Source: an uncultured Bacilli bacterium (GTDB taxonomy: Bacteria > Bacillota_I > Bacilli_A > RF39 > UBA660). From it: a DNA stretch of 64,000 nt. Where the stretch lies: the NCBI GenBank assembly GCA_934096645.1, contig CAKOMK010000002.1, forward strand, positions 119,383-183,382. The letters are read 5' to 3'. Made by a program: the position numbers and the translations under genes. This document shows positions 1 to 11,300 of the stretch, one piece after another. The number at the start of each line of letters is the position of its first letter. The first letter of the stretch is position 1. The notes beneath the pieces were generated by a model. The model worked only from the letters and a program-made list of their open reading frames with translations. It searched no databases and was not told the origin of the DNA.

Positions 1-2
1 AT

Positions 3-446
3 TATTTAAAATACAAAATTATTTCAGAACAAAACTTAGATAAATATGTAGATGTAGAAGAAGGAATAAATAATAGAATCAAAAAATATATTTACTCTTC
101 TTCATCATTAGAAGAATTAATTCAAAATATAAAAACAAAAAGATACACATACAATAAAATATCAAGAATGTTAAACCACATCCTTTGTTCATTCACAAAA
201 GATGAAAATAGTTTATTTAAAACACCAGAATATATCAGAATATTGGGTTTTTCAAACAATGGTCAAAAATACTTAAGCAGTATTAAAAGTACATTAAATC
301 TGCCTATATTAAATGTTTATGATACAACTAAGTACAAATCATTAGAAATAGAAAAAAGAGTAACTGACATCTACTCTATTATTTATGAAGATATAACTTT
401 AAAAGAAATTCAAAATAAACCAATACAAATAAAAACGGAAAACTAA
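3..446 (+). CDS. C-terminal part of a TmcAL-like (UPF0348) tRNA(Met) cytidine acetate ligase; the gene starts upstream of the window
   Basis: Frame 3 is open from the window edge into the 168..446 ORF. The C-terminal ...TKRYTYNKISRMLNH region resembles the TmcAL/YlbM family. No start lies inside the window. Confidence 0.35.
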   Translation, partial: YLKYKIISEQNLDKYVDVEEGINNRIKKYIYSSSSLEELIQNIKTKRYTYNKISRMLNHILCSFTKDENSLFKTPEYIRILGFSNNGQKYLSSIKSTLNLPILNVYDTTKYKSLEIEKRVTDIYSIIYEDITLKEIQNKPIQIKTEN

Positions 447-464
447 TTTTCCGTTTTATTATAC

Positions 465-890
465 TTAACATCCAGGATATTCACTATCAATATTAACAGT
501 ACTATCAGTAGCATAGTCACTTCCACATACTAAATATGTTTTTTTAGTTCTAGCTTCTGAATCCCAAACTACTACTCCATCACAAGATGAATTTTTAAAT
601 TTAACTTCATCTATAAGACTTAAGTTTTTTAATACTGAAAGTTTAACATAAGAAATTGTATCACTTTTAGTACATACTCCACAAGTACGATTACCAATTG
701 GATGAATACAATAGTCTTCATTATATAAGTTAGCAGCATCAGCTATAGTATTCTCTTGTGTAATCATAGCTTGTTCTTGACTAGTTTTTAAATATTTTAA
801 CACATTAGGTACAGCTATCAAAGAAAGTATTCCAAGAATAGCTACTACAGCTAATATTTCAATTAAAGTAAATCCTTTTTTATTCTTCAT
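465..890 (-). CDS. Prepilin-type N-terminal cleavage/methylation domain protein (type IV pilin / ComGC-like pseudopilin), 141 aa
   Basis: N-terminus MKNKKGFTLIEILAVVAILGILSLIAVP is a class III signal (G|FTLIE) followed by a hydrophobic helix. The C-terminal domain carries several Cys. Confidence 0.75.
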   Translation of the reverse strand: MKNKKGFTLIEILAVVAILGILSLIAVPNVLKYLKTSQEQAMITQENTIADAANLYNEDYCIHPIGNRTCGVCTKSDTISYVKLSVLKNLSLIDEVKFKNSSCDGVVVWDSEARTKKTYLVCGSDYATDSTVNIDSEYPGC

Positions 891-964
891 ATATTCCTCC
901 TACCTTCTACATTAGAATAACATAAATCACATAATTCTTTCAATATTTACACTAAAAATTGACA

Positions 965-3538
965 TTATTTAGCTTCATACCAATTCTTTCCATAATCAAT
1001 TTCAACCTTTAGTGGAACAGATAATTTATATATATTTTCCATAATATCTTTAACTATAAATTTAACTTCTTCTAGTTCATTATCTCTTACATCTAAAATT
1101 AATTCATCATGTACTTGTAATAATATTTTACTTTGTAATTTTCTTTCATTTAATTCTCTATATAATCTTACCATAGCTAATTTTAATATATCAGCAGCAG
1201 TACCTTGTATAGGTGTATTTAAAGCAATTCTCTCTCCATTAGCTCTAATTAAATAATTAGTGTTATTAAGTTCTTCAATAGTTCTAATTCTTCCAAGAAG
1301 TGTTCTAACATATCCATCTCTATGAGCAATAGAAACTATATTTTTCATATAATCATCAACTTCAGGATATAAAGTTAAATATTTCTCAATATATTTTTTA
1401 GCTTCACTAGCACTTATATCTAAGTTTTCACCTAATCCATATCCACTTATTCCATAAACAATTCCAAATATAACAGCCTTAGCAGTTCTTCTTTGATTCT
1501 TAGTAACATCACTTTCATCAATGCCAAATATATCAGCTGCAACATGAGTATGAATATCTTCATTATTTATAAATGCTTTTTGTAAACTCTTAGATCCACT
1601 TATATGAGCAAGAACTCTTAATTCAATTTGAGAATAATCACTACTTAAAAGTACTGAATCATCGCTTGGTAAGAATGCTTTTCTCATTTTTCTTCCTTCT
1701 TCACTTCTAACAGGTATATTTTGTAAGTTAGGTTCAACAGAAGAAAGTCTTCCTGTTCTAGTACCAGTTTGTTTATATATAGTATGAATTTTACCATCTT
1801 TTAAAATATAATTATTAAATGTATCTAAATAAGTAGTATATAATTTATTTAAATTTCTATATTCAAGTATCTCATTAATAATTGGATGAAAAGAAGCATT
1901 CTTAACTAATATATCATGAGCAGTAGAAGTAGCATTCTTTCCTCTTCCTTTAGGCATACCAAGTTTATCATATAATATTTCTCCTAATTGTTTAGGACTA
2001 GATATATTAAACTCACATCCAGCATAATTATATATAACATTAGTTAAATTATCTAATTTAACTTTAATATCTTCTTTTAAATCATCAATAACTTTACTAT
2101 CACATTTAATACCTTCAATTTCCATACTAGATAATACTTCAATTAAAGGATGTTCTATATCATAATATAAGTTATATAACTCAGTATTTTCTTTAATTTT
2201 ATCAAAATATTTATGATAACTATCAAATAAATATTTAGCTTTACTACATATAACGGCTTCAATTTCTGCATCACTTAATTTATTTTTAGTACTTATAATA
2301 TTTTCATAATAAGGTAACTCTACTCCATCACTTAATGCCAAAACAGCAATATCTTCTTTAGTATTATATTCAAGCAAATAAGTAGCAATCATAGTATCAA
2401 AATTACATTTAACATGAGCACCATATGAATTTAAAGCAACATTATTTTTCTTATTATCAAAAGTAACCAAAACATTATTAAGTAAATCTTTATTTAATAT
2501 TAAACTTACTTTATCAAAATAATATTTTTTATTTCCATCATATATAGAAGCACCTATTATATTAGATGTATGATAATTATTACCGTCAAGTTCAATATAT
2601 AAACTATATTCACCACTAAGTTCTAATTTTCCTTTAACAATTTCATAATCATCACTTACTTCTTGTTTTTTAGGAACATTAATATTTCTTAAGAAAGAAT
2701 TAAATTCTAATTCTTTATATTTTTCTATTAAAAGATTAATATTTGCTCCAGTATATTTAATAGATTCAAAATCATAATCAAAATCTATATCTTTATATAT
2801 AGTAGCTAATTTATATGAAAAATAAGCATTATCTTTATCATTAATTAATTTTTCACGAGTTTTACCACTAATCTCGTCTATATGTTCATAAACTCCATCT
2901 AATGTATCATATTTTTGTAATAAACTTAAAGCAGTCTTTTCACCAATACCCTTAACTCCAGGAATATTATCACTAGCATCTCCCATTAATGATTTTAAAT
3001 CAATCATTCTAATAGGTTTAATACCATATGTTTCGAAGAATGTCTTCTCATTCATCATAATATAATCTTTTTGTTTTAATAATTTAACATCAACTTCATC
3101 ACTAATTAATTGTAACAAATCTTTATCACTACTTATAATAGTAGCATTATAATTTCTATCTTCATCAGCCATCTTAGCAAATGTTCCAATTATATCATCT
3201 GCTTCATAATTATCTATTTCAATATATTTAATACCAAGCAAAGTACATATTTCTTTAGCTACAGGAAATTGCATTTTTAAATCATTTGGAGTTTCAATTC
3301 TACCATCTTTGTAATTATCATATAAATCTTTTCTAAAGTTATGCCCTTTATCAAAAGCTACCATAATATATTCAGGTTTCTCTTCATTTAATATTTTATT
3401 AATCATATTAATAAACCCAAATAATGCATTAGTTGGAAATCCTTTAGAATTCTTCATTAAATTTCCATTATATGCAGTAGCATAATAACTCCTAAATAAT
3501 AAATTATTACCATCAATCAATATCGCTCTTTTTTTCAT
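965..3538 (-). CDS. polA: DNA polymerase I (5'-3' exonuclease + 3'-5' exonuclease-like + polymerase domains)
   Basis: N-terminal 5' nuclease motifs (AILIDGNNLLFRSYYA), a Klenow-like middle region and C-terminal polymerase motifs (RRTAKAVIFGIVYG, QVHDELILD). The start was moved to the ATG preceded by a GGTGAGGG SD; the track ORF begins 21 nt upstream, at 3559. Confidence 0.95.
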   Translation of the reverse strand: MKKRAILIDGNNLLFRSYYATAYNGNLMKNSKGFPTNALFGFINMINKILNEEKPEYIMVAFDKGHNFRKDLYDNYKDGRIETPNDLKMQFPVAKEICTLLGIKYIEIDNYEADDIIGTFAKMADEDRNYNATIISSDKDLLQLISDEVDVKLLKQKDYIMMNEKTFFETYGIKPIRMIDLKSLMGDASDNIPGVKGIGEKTALSLLQKYDTLDGVYEHIDEISGKTREKLINDKDNAYFSYKLATIYKDIDFDYDFESIKYTGANINLLIEKYKELEFNSFLRNINVPKKQEVSDDYEIVKGKLELSGEYSLYIELDGNNYHTSNIIGASIYDGNKKYYFDKVSLILNKDLLNNVLVTFDNKKNNVALNSYGAHVKCNFDTMIATYLLEYNTKEDIAVLALSDGVELPYYENIISTKNKLSDAEIEAVICSKAKYLFDSYHKYFDKIKENTELYNLYYDIEHPLIEVLSSMEIEGIKCDSKVIDDLKEDIKVKLDNLTNVIYNYAGCEFNISSPKQLGEILYDKLGMPKGRGKNATSTAHDILVKNASFHPIINEILEYRNLNKLYTTYLDTFNNYILKDGKIHTIYKQTGTRTGRLSSVEPNLQNIPVRSEEGRKMRKAFLPSDDSVLLSSDYSQIELRVLAHISGSKSLQKAFINNEDIHTHVAADIFGIDESDVTKNQRRTAKAVIFGIVYGISGYGLGENLDISASEAKKYIEKYLTLYPEVDDYMKNIVSIAHRDGYVRTLLGRIRTIEELNNTNYLIRANGERIALNTPIQGTAADILKLAMVRLYRELNERKLQSKILLQVHDELILDVRDNELEEVKFIVKDIMENIYKLSVPLKVEIDYGKNWYEAK

Positions 3539-3597
3539 ACCCTCACCCATATATATCATTTTACTATATTTTCTTTTTTAAATAAAGAAAGGAGTAA

Positions 3598-4308
3598 TTA
3601 ATAATTAACTACTCCATCATATTTAATACCATATATCATATCATCTTTATAATCAATGTGATACCATTTATAAAGCTGAAATCCTGATTTTACTAAATCA
3701 ATAGTACACTTTGTTTCTTCAACACTATTATCACCAGGTTCATAACATTTATCAGTAAAATTAACTATTTGTTTTTCATTTATTTTAAGTGCTTTTAATG
3801 CATCAATAACACTTATTTCTTTATTTTCTTTTAAGTTGTAAGCATAATCATAATAGAAATTTCCATCACCATTTAATGGCCAAAAACTATATGTACCTAC
3901 AGCACTTATCAAAAGAATATTACCTTTTGTATAAGCTTTATAATTAAGTGTATAAGTATTACCATCACTATAATTTTTATTAATATAATCTAGTTTTAAT
4001 TTTTCTTGTTGATACAACTCAACCATTAATTTTTCATTAAAACTTTTAGCACCACTATTATTAAGATTTAGTTTTGGTACATGAACATTTTCTACTTTAA
4101 TATCATCATCAATAACATTATTAGCTTCATTTAATTTAAAAGGAATATATGTTTCATTTATAACTTCTTCGGGTGTTTTAACATCTTCGCCATTATTACC
4201 ATTATTGTTATTATTTTTATTATTAACATTTAATATTCCAAATATTACAATTGAAGCAAGAAGTAAAATACTTAAAATTATAATTATGATTTTATTTGTC
4301 TTATTCAT
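3598..4308 (-). CDS. Hypothetical membrane-anchored protein with an N-terminal TM helix and a poly-Asn tract
   Basis: ORF with a hydrophobic N-terminus (IIIIILSILLLASIVIFGIL) and an N-rich linker. No recognisable catalytic motif. Confidence 0.5.
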   Translation of the reverse strand: MNKTNKIIIIILSILLLASIVIFGILNVNNKNNNNNGNNGEDVKTPEEVINETYIPFKLNEANNVIDDDIKVENVHVPKLNLNNSGAKSFNEKLMVELYQQEKLKLDYINKNYSDGNTYTLNYKAYTKGNILLISAVGTYSFWPLNGDGNFYYDYAYNLKENKEISVIDALKALKINEKQIVNFTDKCYEPGDNSVEETKCTIDLVKSGFQLYKWYHIDYKDDMIYGIKYDGVVNY

Positions 4309-4382
4309 ATCTACCTCCTATATAATATATTTACATTATACTATCTAAATTATAATTTATCAACTCATAAAAAAAGGAATTT

Positions 4383-6020
4383 TTATTCCTTAATTTTTAT
4401 ATGAAATTTACTCAATATATTATTTATTGTTTCTCTACCAAGAGTATCAACTAATAATCCATTTTTATATGAAATAACTAAATATATAATTACTCCATAC
4501 ATACCATGAATAAATAATGATACAAATGATGTTAAATAACTATAATCATATTTAATAAATATTTTTGATAATAATATTGGTACAAATAAACATGTAATTG
4601 GTAATATCATTTTCTTAATAGTTTCTATTGATATTTTATAACTAAAATTCATATTCTTTTTTAAATAAACTAATGCAATTGTTATTGAAATAAAATATCC
4701 TATACAAGTAGAAACTATAGTTGCTATATAAGCAGGTAATCCAATTTTATCAAATAATAATATAAGTGGAATATCTAATATGGCATTAGAAACTAATCCA
4801 GCAACTGAGTTAATATAAACTACTTTAAATTTTCTCATACTTTGTAAGCAAGTATTAATTACACTCCATATTCCAAAAAACACATGACTAATAGCTGAAA
4901 CTTTCAATATTAATGGACCATAATTACTTTTACCATAGAATATAAAATATCCTTCATTAGAAAGTAATAGTAACATTAATGCCATTGGAATAGTAATTAG
5001 TAGCATAGTAGATATTGCTTGATTAAATCTTCTATTAACTTCTTTCATATCTTTTTTTATAAAACTAGAAGTTACATGAGGAATAATATTAGTAGTTAAA
5101 GCAATTGCAATAGCGACAATAATAGTGCATATTTTAGGTGCCCAAGTTGATACAATACCAGACATCATTTCACTTTCAATCGCACTATATCCTACCATAT
5201 TAAGTCCTTTAATAATTAGTTTAACATCAACTATAGTATATAAATTATCTACAACAGAAATAATTATTAAAGGTATACAATAAGATAAAATCTTTTTAGC
5301 AATAACTTTATTACTAACAGCATCTTTCTTTTCACTAACTGGAAATTCACTCTTATTATTTTTAACTTTTATACTTAAATATATATAAGCAGCAAGTCCT
5401 CCAATAAATGCTCCAAGTAATGATACAGCTACCCCAACATTAACTGGTTTCTTAAATACTTTAATTACTAAATAAGAACCAAATATTACCACAAATATAC
5501 GAACTACTTGTTCAATTAATTGGCTATATGAAGTAGGAACAACATATTTATGTCCTTGTAAGTATCCTCTTAAAGCACTTAAGAATGGAATGATGATTAA
5601 GCAGAATGACATAGCCCTAATAACATAAGCAATATCACTTACAGGATTTCCCCCACTCACATCACTAATTATAAATTTAGCAATAACATCTGCTCCTAAA
5701 AATACTATCAAGAAAGAAACTAAACTAAGTATTAAAATAATCTTTTTACCTATTTTATATGCTCTTTCTTTAGCATCATCCATATTTAAAGCTAAATATT
5801 CACTAATAATCATCGCTATCGCAACAGGTATACCAGCAGTAGAAATATTTAAAAATAAATTATAAATATTATAAGCATAACTATATAATGTTCCACCATT
5901 AGATCCAATAATCTTATAAAATGGTATAACATATAAAGCACCTAATATTTTAATTATAATAAGTATTATAGAAGTAATCAGTGTCCCCTGAATAAATGTA
6001 TTCTTTTTTAATTTTTTCAT
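4383..6020 (-). CDS. MOP-superfamily polysaccharide/lipid-linked oligosaccharide flippase (MurJ/SpoVB/Wzx-like), 545 aa
   Basis: Polytopic membrane protein with about 12-14 hydrophobic segments. The 'polysaccharide biosynthesis protein' family architecture. Its start overlaps the upstream gene's stop (ATGA). Confidence 0.7.
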   Translation of the reverse strand: MKKLKKNTFIQGTLITSIILIIIKILGALYVIPFYKIIGSNGGTLYSYAYNIYNLFLNISTAGIPVAIAMIISEYLALNMDDAKERAYKIGKKIILILSLVSFLIVFLGADVIAKFIISDVSGGNPVSDIAYVIRAMSFCLIIIPFLSALRGYLQGHKYVVPTSYSQLIEQVVRIFVVIFGSYLVIKVFKKPVNVGVAVSLLGAFIGGLAAYIYLSIKVKNNKSEFPVSEKKDAVSNKVIAKKILSYCIPLIIISVVDNLYTIVDVKLIIKGLNMVGYSAIESEMMSGIVSTWAPKICTIIVAIAIALTTNIIPHVTSSFIKKDMKEVNRRFNQAISTMLLITIPMALMLLLLSNEGYFIFYGKSNYGPLILKVSAISHVFFGIWSVINTCLQSMRKFKVVYINSVAGLVSNAILDIPLILLFDKIGLPAYIATIVSTCIGYFISITIALVYLKKNMNFSYKISIETIKKMILPITCLFVPILLSKIFIKYDYSYLTSFVSLFIHGMYGVIIYLVISYKNGLLVDTLGRETINNILSKFHIKIKE

Positions 6021-7039
6021 AGGTTCATCTTCTTCATTTCTTCTTCACCAAGTATCTTTCCAATAGTAGCTAAATGCCCTTCATGTTCATCATTAAATAA
6101 ATAATATTGAATTAATCCATAACTAGGATATTCATTACCTTCCATAATAACTGGTCCTTTTGGTGTAATAGCTATATCCCATCCAATATATCTCATTTCA
6201 GGTACAACTAGAGCTGCTTTAAGTGCCATTTCATATGCTTCTTTTACAAATGGAACTTTAACTGTATCAAATTTAATTTTAGCCATTGGATGTTCTTCAT
6301 AAACATTAGCTAAATCATCAACTACTCTACTACTTATAGTTCCATCTTCATTAAGTCTCATATATGCATCGCTACATCCAATAGCAATAGCATCATCTAT
6401 ATTAATTCTAAGCGCATTACCAACTATATAAGATTTATTATCTTTTACAAGAGTAACTATTCTAAATGAATTAACAGCGTAAGGATTTAATTTATCTAAT
6501 TCTTTATGTTGAATTATTTCTTCTTCAATTAAATTCAATTTTTTCTTTTTTAAACTCTTATATAAATCTTCAACATCTTTTATTTCACTAACTGTAATTT
6601 TTTTAATACCATGTCCTCCAAAAGAAATTGGTGGTTTAGCAAATACATGTTTTTTACCTTTAATAAACTTATTAAATTCATCTAAACTTGTAGTTCTTAA
6701 ATCTATAAATTCTCTTCCAAGATAATCTTTAAATATTTTATTAAAAACTAATTTATCACTCATAGTAGCAATATAAGTTTCAGAATTTAAATATTTAAGC
6801 ATTTTATAATAAGATTTAGTGGTTAAGAAGGTTTTCTTTTGCTCTTTTGTTAAATTAATATAGTCACCTTTCAAATAATCAGTATAACCTATACCATATT
6901 TAATAAAGTTTAAAATCATATCTCTTTTTACATAACTAGCACTTTTATTATTTCTTTTTCCTATATCACTAGCAAGTTTATTTAATTTATCATAATCTAT
7001 TGCTCTGATTTTTCTAATCATCATCCCTTTTAAACTCAT
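6017..7039 (-). CDS. ATP-grasp domain protein (sugar-transfer-associated ATP-grasp-like ligase)
   Basis: 340-aa soluble protein whose ATP-grasp-like C-terminal half (…IIQHKELD…VNSFRIVTL…GNALRI…) is called by resemblance only. It is translationally coupled to alr upstream and to the flippase downstream. Confidence 0.5.
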   Translation of the reverse strand: MSLKGMMIRKIRAIDYDKLNKLASDIGKRNNKSASYVKRDMILNFIKYGIGYTDYLKGDYINLTKEQKKTFLTTKSYYKMLKYLNSETYIATMSDKLVFNKIFKDYLGREFIDLRTTSLDEFNKFIKGKKHVFAKPPISFGGHGIKKITVSEIKDVEDLYKSLKKKKLNLIEEEIIQHKELDKLNPYAVNSFRIVTLVKDNKSYIVGNALRINIDDAIAIGCSDAYMRLNEDGTISSRVVDDLANVYEEHPMAKIKFDTVKVPFVKEAYEMALKAALVVPEMRYIGWDIAITPKGPVIMEGNEYPSYGLIQYYLFNDEHEGHLATIGKILGEEEMKKMNL

Positions 7040-8247
7040 TATTTTTCCTCCTTAATGAATTCTTCACTATAAACTATTTTATTATCTTTTTTATATATTC
7101 TTGGTAATACTTTACCTATATTAACTAACGTATTATGTATTGATGTATTATTAAGTCTTGACATCATTCCAAGTGTTATTGAGTCACCCATAATTGTGAC
7201 ACTATCTCCAACTTTAACACTCTCATCTACTAATACACTCATCATACACATAGATATTTCACCAACAGCCTTATACTTTTTATTATTAATAAGTACATAT
7301 CTATTCTCATGATTAATACCAATTCCATCATCATACCCAATTGGTAAAGTAGCAATTATTTCATCTTTTTGAGCTTCATATAATATTCCATATCCAACTT
7401 TTTCATGTTTTTTAATCTTTTTGATTTGTATAACATTAGTTTTAACTTTAAAAGCAGGTTTTAAATCAATATCAACATTTTCATATGTTTTACTAATATT
7501 ATATTTTTTAATCAAATAAGAATTTCTAATTTTTCTAAGTATATTTTTAGGAGAATTATTTAATTTTTTAGGAGCAATATCATATCCAAATAATATTGTT
7601 CCACATCTAACTCCATTAGCTATTTCAATTTTTGGATGAGCAAGCATTATAAAACTACTACTCAAATGTATAATATCTATTTTAGATAAATCAATATCAC
7701 TAGTTATATATTTAAATTGTGAAATTTGATTATCATAGAATTTATCATTAACACCAGGTGTCGCAAAATGAGTAAATAATCCTTCTAAATAGATATTATC
7801 ATTTTCTTTAATTAGTTTAACTATTTCATTAAATTCATCTTTATCTTTTATACCAAGTCTATTCATACCAGTATCTATTTTAATATGAACTTTAATTTTC
7901 TTTTTAATTTGATCATTTATTTTTTTAAAGTAATCAATATCATGTATAGTAATAGTTACATTATTTTTAATCGCAACATCTATAGAATCAAGTTCAATTG
8001 GTTCAACACATAAAACTGGTATATCTTTATTAAATCTTCTTATATCAAGTGCTTCTTCTAAATTAGAAACAGCTAAATAATTAATACCATTATTAATCAT
8101 TTCATTTATAACATACATTCCATGACCATAAGCATTAGATTTAACCATACCAATATAATATTTATAGTCAGGATACTTCTTAATTATATTTTTAACATTT
8201 TTTATAATATTATCTAAATTTATTTCAATAAATGTTTTTCTATACAT
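7039..8247 (-). CDS. alr: Alanine racemase
   Basis: PLP-binding motif (MVKSNAYGHG) near the N-terminus. Length 402 aa; the C-terminal beta domain is conserved. Confidence 0.88.
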   Translation of the reverse strand: MYRKTFIEINLDNIIKNVKNIIKKYPDYKYYIGMVKSNAYGHGMYVINEMINNGINYLAVSNLEEALDIRRFNKDIPVLCVEPIELDSIDVAIKNNVTITIHDIDYFKKINDQIKKKIKVHIKIDTGMNRLGIKDKDEFNEIVKLIKENDNIYLEGLFTHFATPGVNDKFYDNQISQFKYITSDIDLSKIDIIHLSSSFIMLAHPKIEIANGVRCGTILFGYDIAPKKLNNSPKNILRKIRNSYLIKKYNISKTYENVDIDLKPAFKVKTNVIQIKKIKKHEKVGYGILYEAQKDEIIATLPIGYDDGIGINHENRYVLINNKKYKAVGEISMCMMSVLVDESVKVGDSVTIMGDSITLGMMSRLNNTSIHNTLVNIGKVLPRIYKKDNKIVYSEEFIKEEK

Positions 8248-8280
8248 TTTATATTCACCAAAATAATTTTAACATACTTA

Positions 8281-8310
8281 CAAATAAAAAGATAGATTTC
8301 TCTATCTTTT
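8281..8310 (-). terminator. Rho-independent terminator overlapping the stop codon of the glycine-rich protein gene
   Basis: Minus-strand hairpin AGATAGA-gaaa-TCTATCT followed by a U-run. Confidence 0.6.
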
Positions 8311-11300
8311 GTTACGTATAATTAGAATTCCACTTCCACCTCTAGCATTGACTCCACCGCCGCCGCCTCGGTTATCTGTTCCTGCTTGTCCTGAAGCGCC
8401 ACCACCTCCAGCTGAAGCAGCTCCATTTCCAGAACCTCCTCCAGAGTAAGCATATGCAGCACCATTGTAACAGTATGATGTAGTTCCTTCTCCAAATTCA
8501 CATGTTGTTCTTCCTTGACCAGCACCATTAGCATTAGCACCATAAGCAGCACCTGGATAGTAATAATAACTAAATCCCCAATCAACACATCCTGCTTGAT
8601 CCCATCTTTCAGTACAAACCCAATCTCTACCAGTTAGTCCGCCGCCTGAACCTCCATTGCCCGCATATCCTCCAGAACCTCCATTAGCAGCAAAGTTTTG
8701 ATTGTTTCCGCTCATATAGGTCTGTTCGCCATTACCATTAGCACCGCCAAGACCAATTCTTATTGTATAGGCAGCATCTTTAGCAAGTGTTTGTGCTCTA
8801 TAAGTATTTGTGTATCCACCACCACCTGCGTTTCCGCCGCCGCCACCTACGACGAATATATCAGTATATGTATTATTATAAAGGTAAAGAATTCCGCTCG
8901 TAATAAACTTAACTTTCCAATTATTTTGATCGCCTTCTATGATAAACTGACCAGAATAATCTCCTAAAACTTTATTACCAACTTTGATTTCATTTACTTT
9001 CATCTTACGGATAATAACTGTTCCTGTTCCACCAGGAGCATTTACGCCACCACCGCCACCTCGGCCATTAGTACCAGCAACATTTAAAGCACCACCACCT
9101 CCAGCAGTACCAGCTCCGTTCCCAGAACCTCCTCCAGAGTAAGCGTATCCATCTCCACTATAGCATCCGTAAATAGATCCTTCATTAAATTCACAAGTGA
9201 CTTGTCCTGACCAAGGACCATTATTAGAATAATATTGTCCTGTTCCATTTCCATTGTTTCCATAAGCAGCTCCGCCGCCGTTATAGTTTACAAATCCCCA
9301 GCTAACACATCCAGCTTGATCCCATCTTTCAGTACATTCCCAATTGTTGTAATTATATCCACCACCAGAACCACCTGTTCCTCTATGACCAGCACTTCCT
9401 CCATTAGCATAATAAGTAACACTATTACTCTTAACATAGGACTGTTCACCACCGGAGCCTATAGAACCACCTCTACCAATTTTTATTGAATATGTAACAC
9501 CTTTAGGAAAGTTTTGACGACTATATGTAGTAGCATAACCACCAGCACCGCCATTTCCTCCACCTCCACCAACGACAAACACATCAGTTTTAGTAGTATC
9601 AACAAATTTTAAATCTCCATCAGTTTTAAATGTGATTTTCCAATTAGAAGAGTCACCACTTACATCAAAGTTTCCACTATATGTAGCAATAACTTTTCCA
9701 TCAACAATTATATCTCTAGGTATTTTACTTCTCATAATAACTACACCAGTGTAACCATTTTGAAAACAATTTCCACCTGCTCCAGAGTTATTTCCTAATA
9801 AACCAGTTCCATTTGTTCCAGGACCAGCATAAGCCATTCCAAGATAATTAGCATCACATCCCCCACCACCTGGAGCATATGCAGCACTATTTCCATCATA
9901 ACATCCAGAAATTGTACCATTATCAAATTCACATGTAGATTGACCAGACCATGGCTTACCAGATTGACTATATTGGTTCACACCATAGCTATTACCATTA
10001 CCACCATGAGTAGTAACCCATCCACCTACACACCAATTATCATTCCATTCTTGATTTGGATCACCTTTGCTACAAGTAGTAGAACCCTTATAACCACCAT
10101 TGTTGCTTCCAGTTCCACCATTACCATTTGTTCCGCCATCTGCATAGTAAACACTTGCATTATCATAATACGATTTACCACCATGATTAGCACTAGTTCC
10201 AGCAGCACCTATTTGAATATGTTTTTTAACACCAGCTTCCATCTTTATATTTTTAAACGTAGAAGCATAACCGCCTCCACCTCCGTTGTAGCCACCACCG
10301 CCGACAACGAAAAGATCAGTATTAACATCAACATTAAAGGTTAAGTCACCACTAGTTAAATATCTAACTTTCCAATTCTTATATCCATTATCTAATACTT
10401 CGCAATCACCAGTATAAGTAAATACATATGGTTCACTACCTCTACTAATATTAGCACACATAAAACTATTTGAAATAGTATCATAGTCAATTACAGTAGA
10501 TCTATATTGAGCATATAAAGTAATAACACTACCATCAGTACTACTTAAATTTTTAATTATTTGCTCATCAGTATAAGATTTTCCAGTATTATCGCTTTTA
10601 GTATTCCAATTATTAAAGAGAAAACCAGGCTTAGCATACTTATTTTTAGTCAATTTAACTTCTTTATCATATTTAACTTTTATATCACTAATTTTGCTAC
10701 CAGTTCCTCCATTAGCATCAAATTTAATAGTATACTCAATTGGTTTCCATCTTGCATATAATACCAAATCAGCAGTAGCTAAAACTACATCATTTGATTC
10801 AATTTTAATTCCTTCTGTTTTACTTGTATACCAACCTTCAAAAAAATATCCAACTCTACTAGTAGTAGGCAACACTGGATAATTATCTAAATATTTTAAA
10901 TCATATGATTCACTAACATCTTCACCACCATTAGCATCAAAAGTCAATTTAATATTTTTAAGATTATATAGTATTCTACATGTAATATCAGTAGTAACAT
11001 TCTCAAAAGTTAAAACATCATCAACAATCTTACATCCACATGTCTCTATAGTTTCTTTTTGATTAATAACATAACCACTTTTAACATTTAAATTAAATAT
11101 AGCATTTTTAGAAAACTCAACAACTTGTGGATTCTTACTTGTTGTTGTAATAGGTTCAATCTCAATTTCATTATGCAAGTCATCATAATCTTTATGTTTA
11201 TTTACAACTATTTTAACTAAATTATTTTTAGAAATAACCCAAGGATTAGTATAAGTACCTTTTCCAGTAATTCTAGTTCCATTTCTAACATATTCAGTTA

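Noticed and set aside
8322-10882. Seven ORFs (8322..8588-, 8698..8967+, 9235..9489+, 9940..10344+, 10026..10208-, 10561..10761+, 10694..10882+) nested in or antisense to the glycine-rich protein gene
   Set aside because: They are artefacts of GGN/NCC codon periodicity and low complexity. All are wholly contained in a much longer, signal-peptide-bearing, repeat-consistent ORF on the minus strand.
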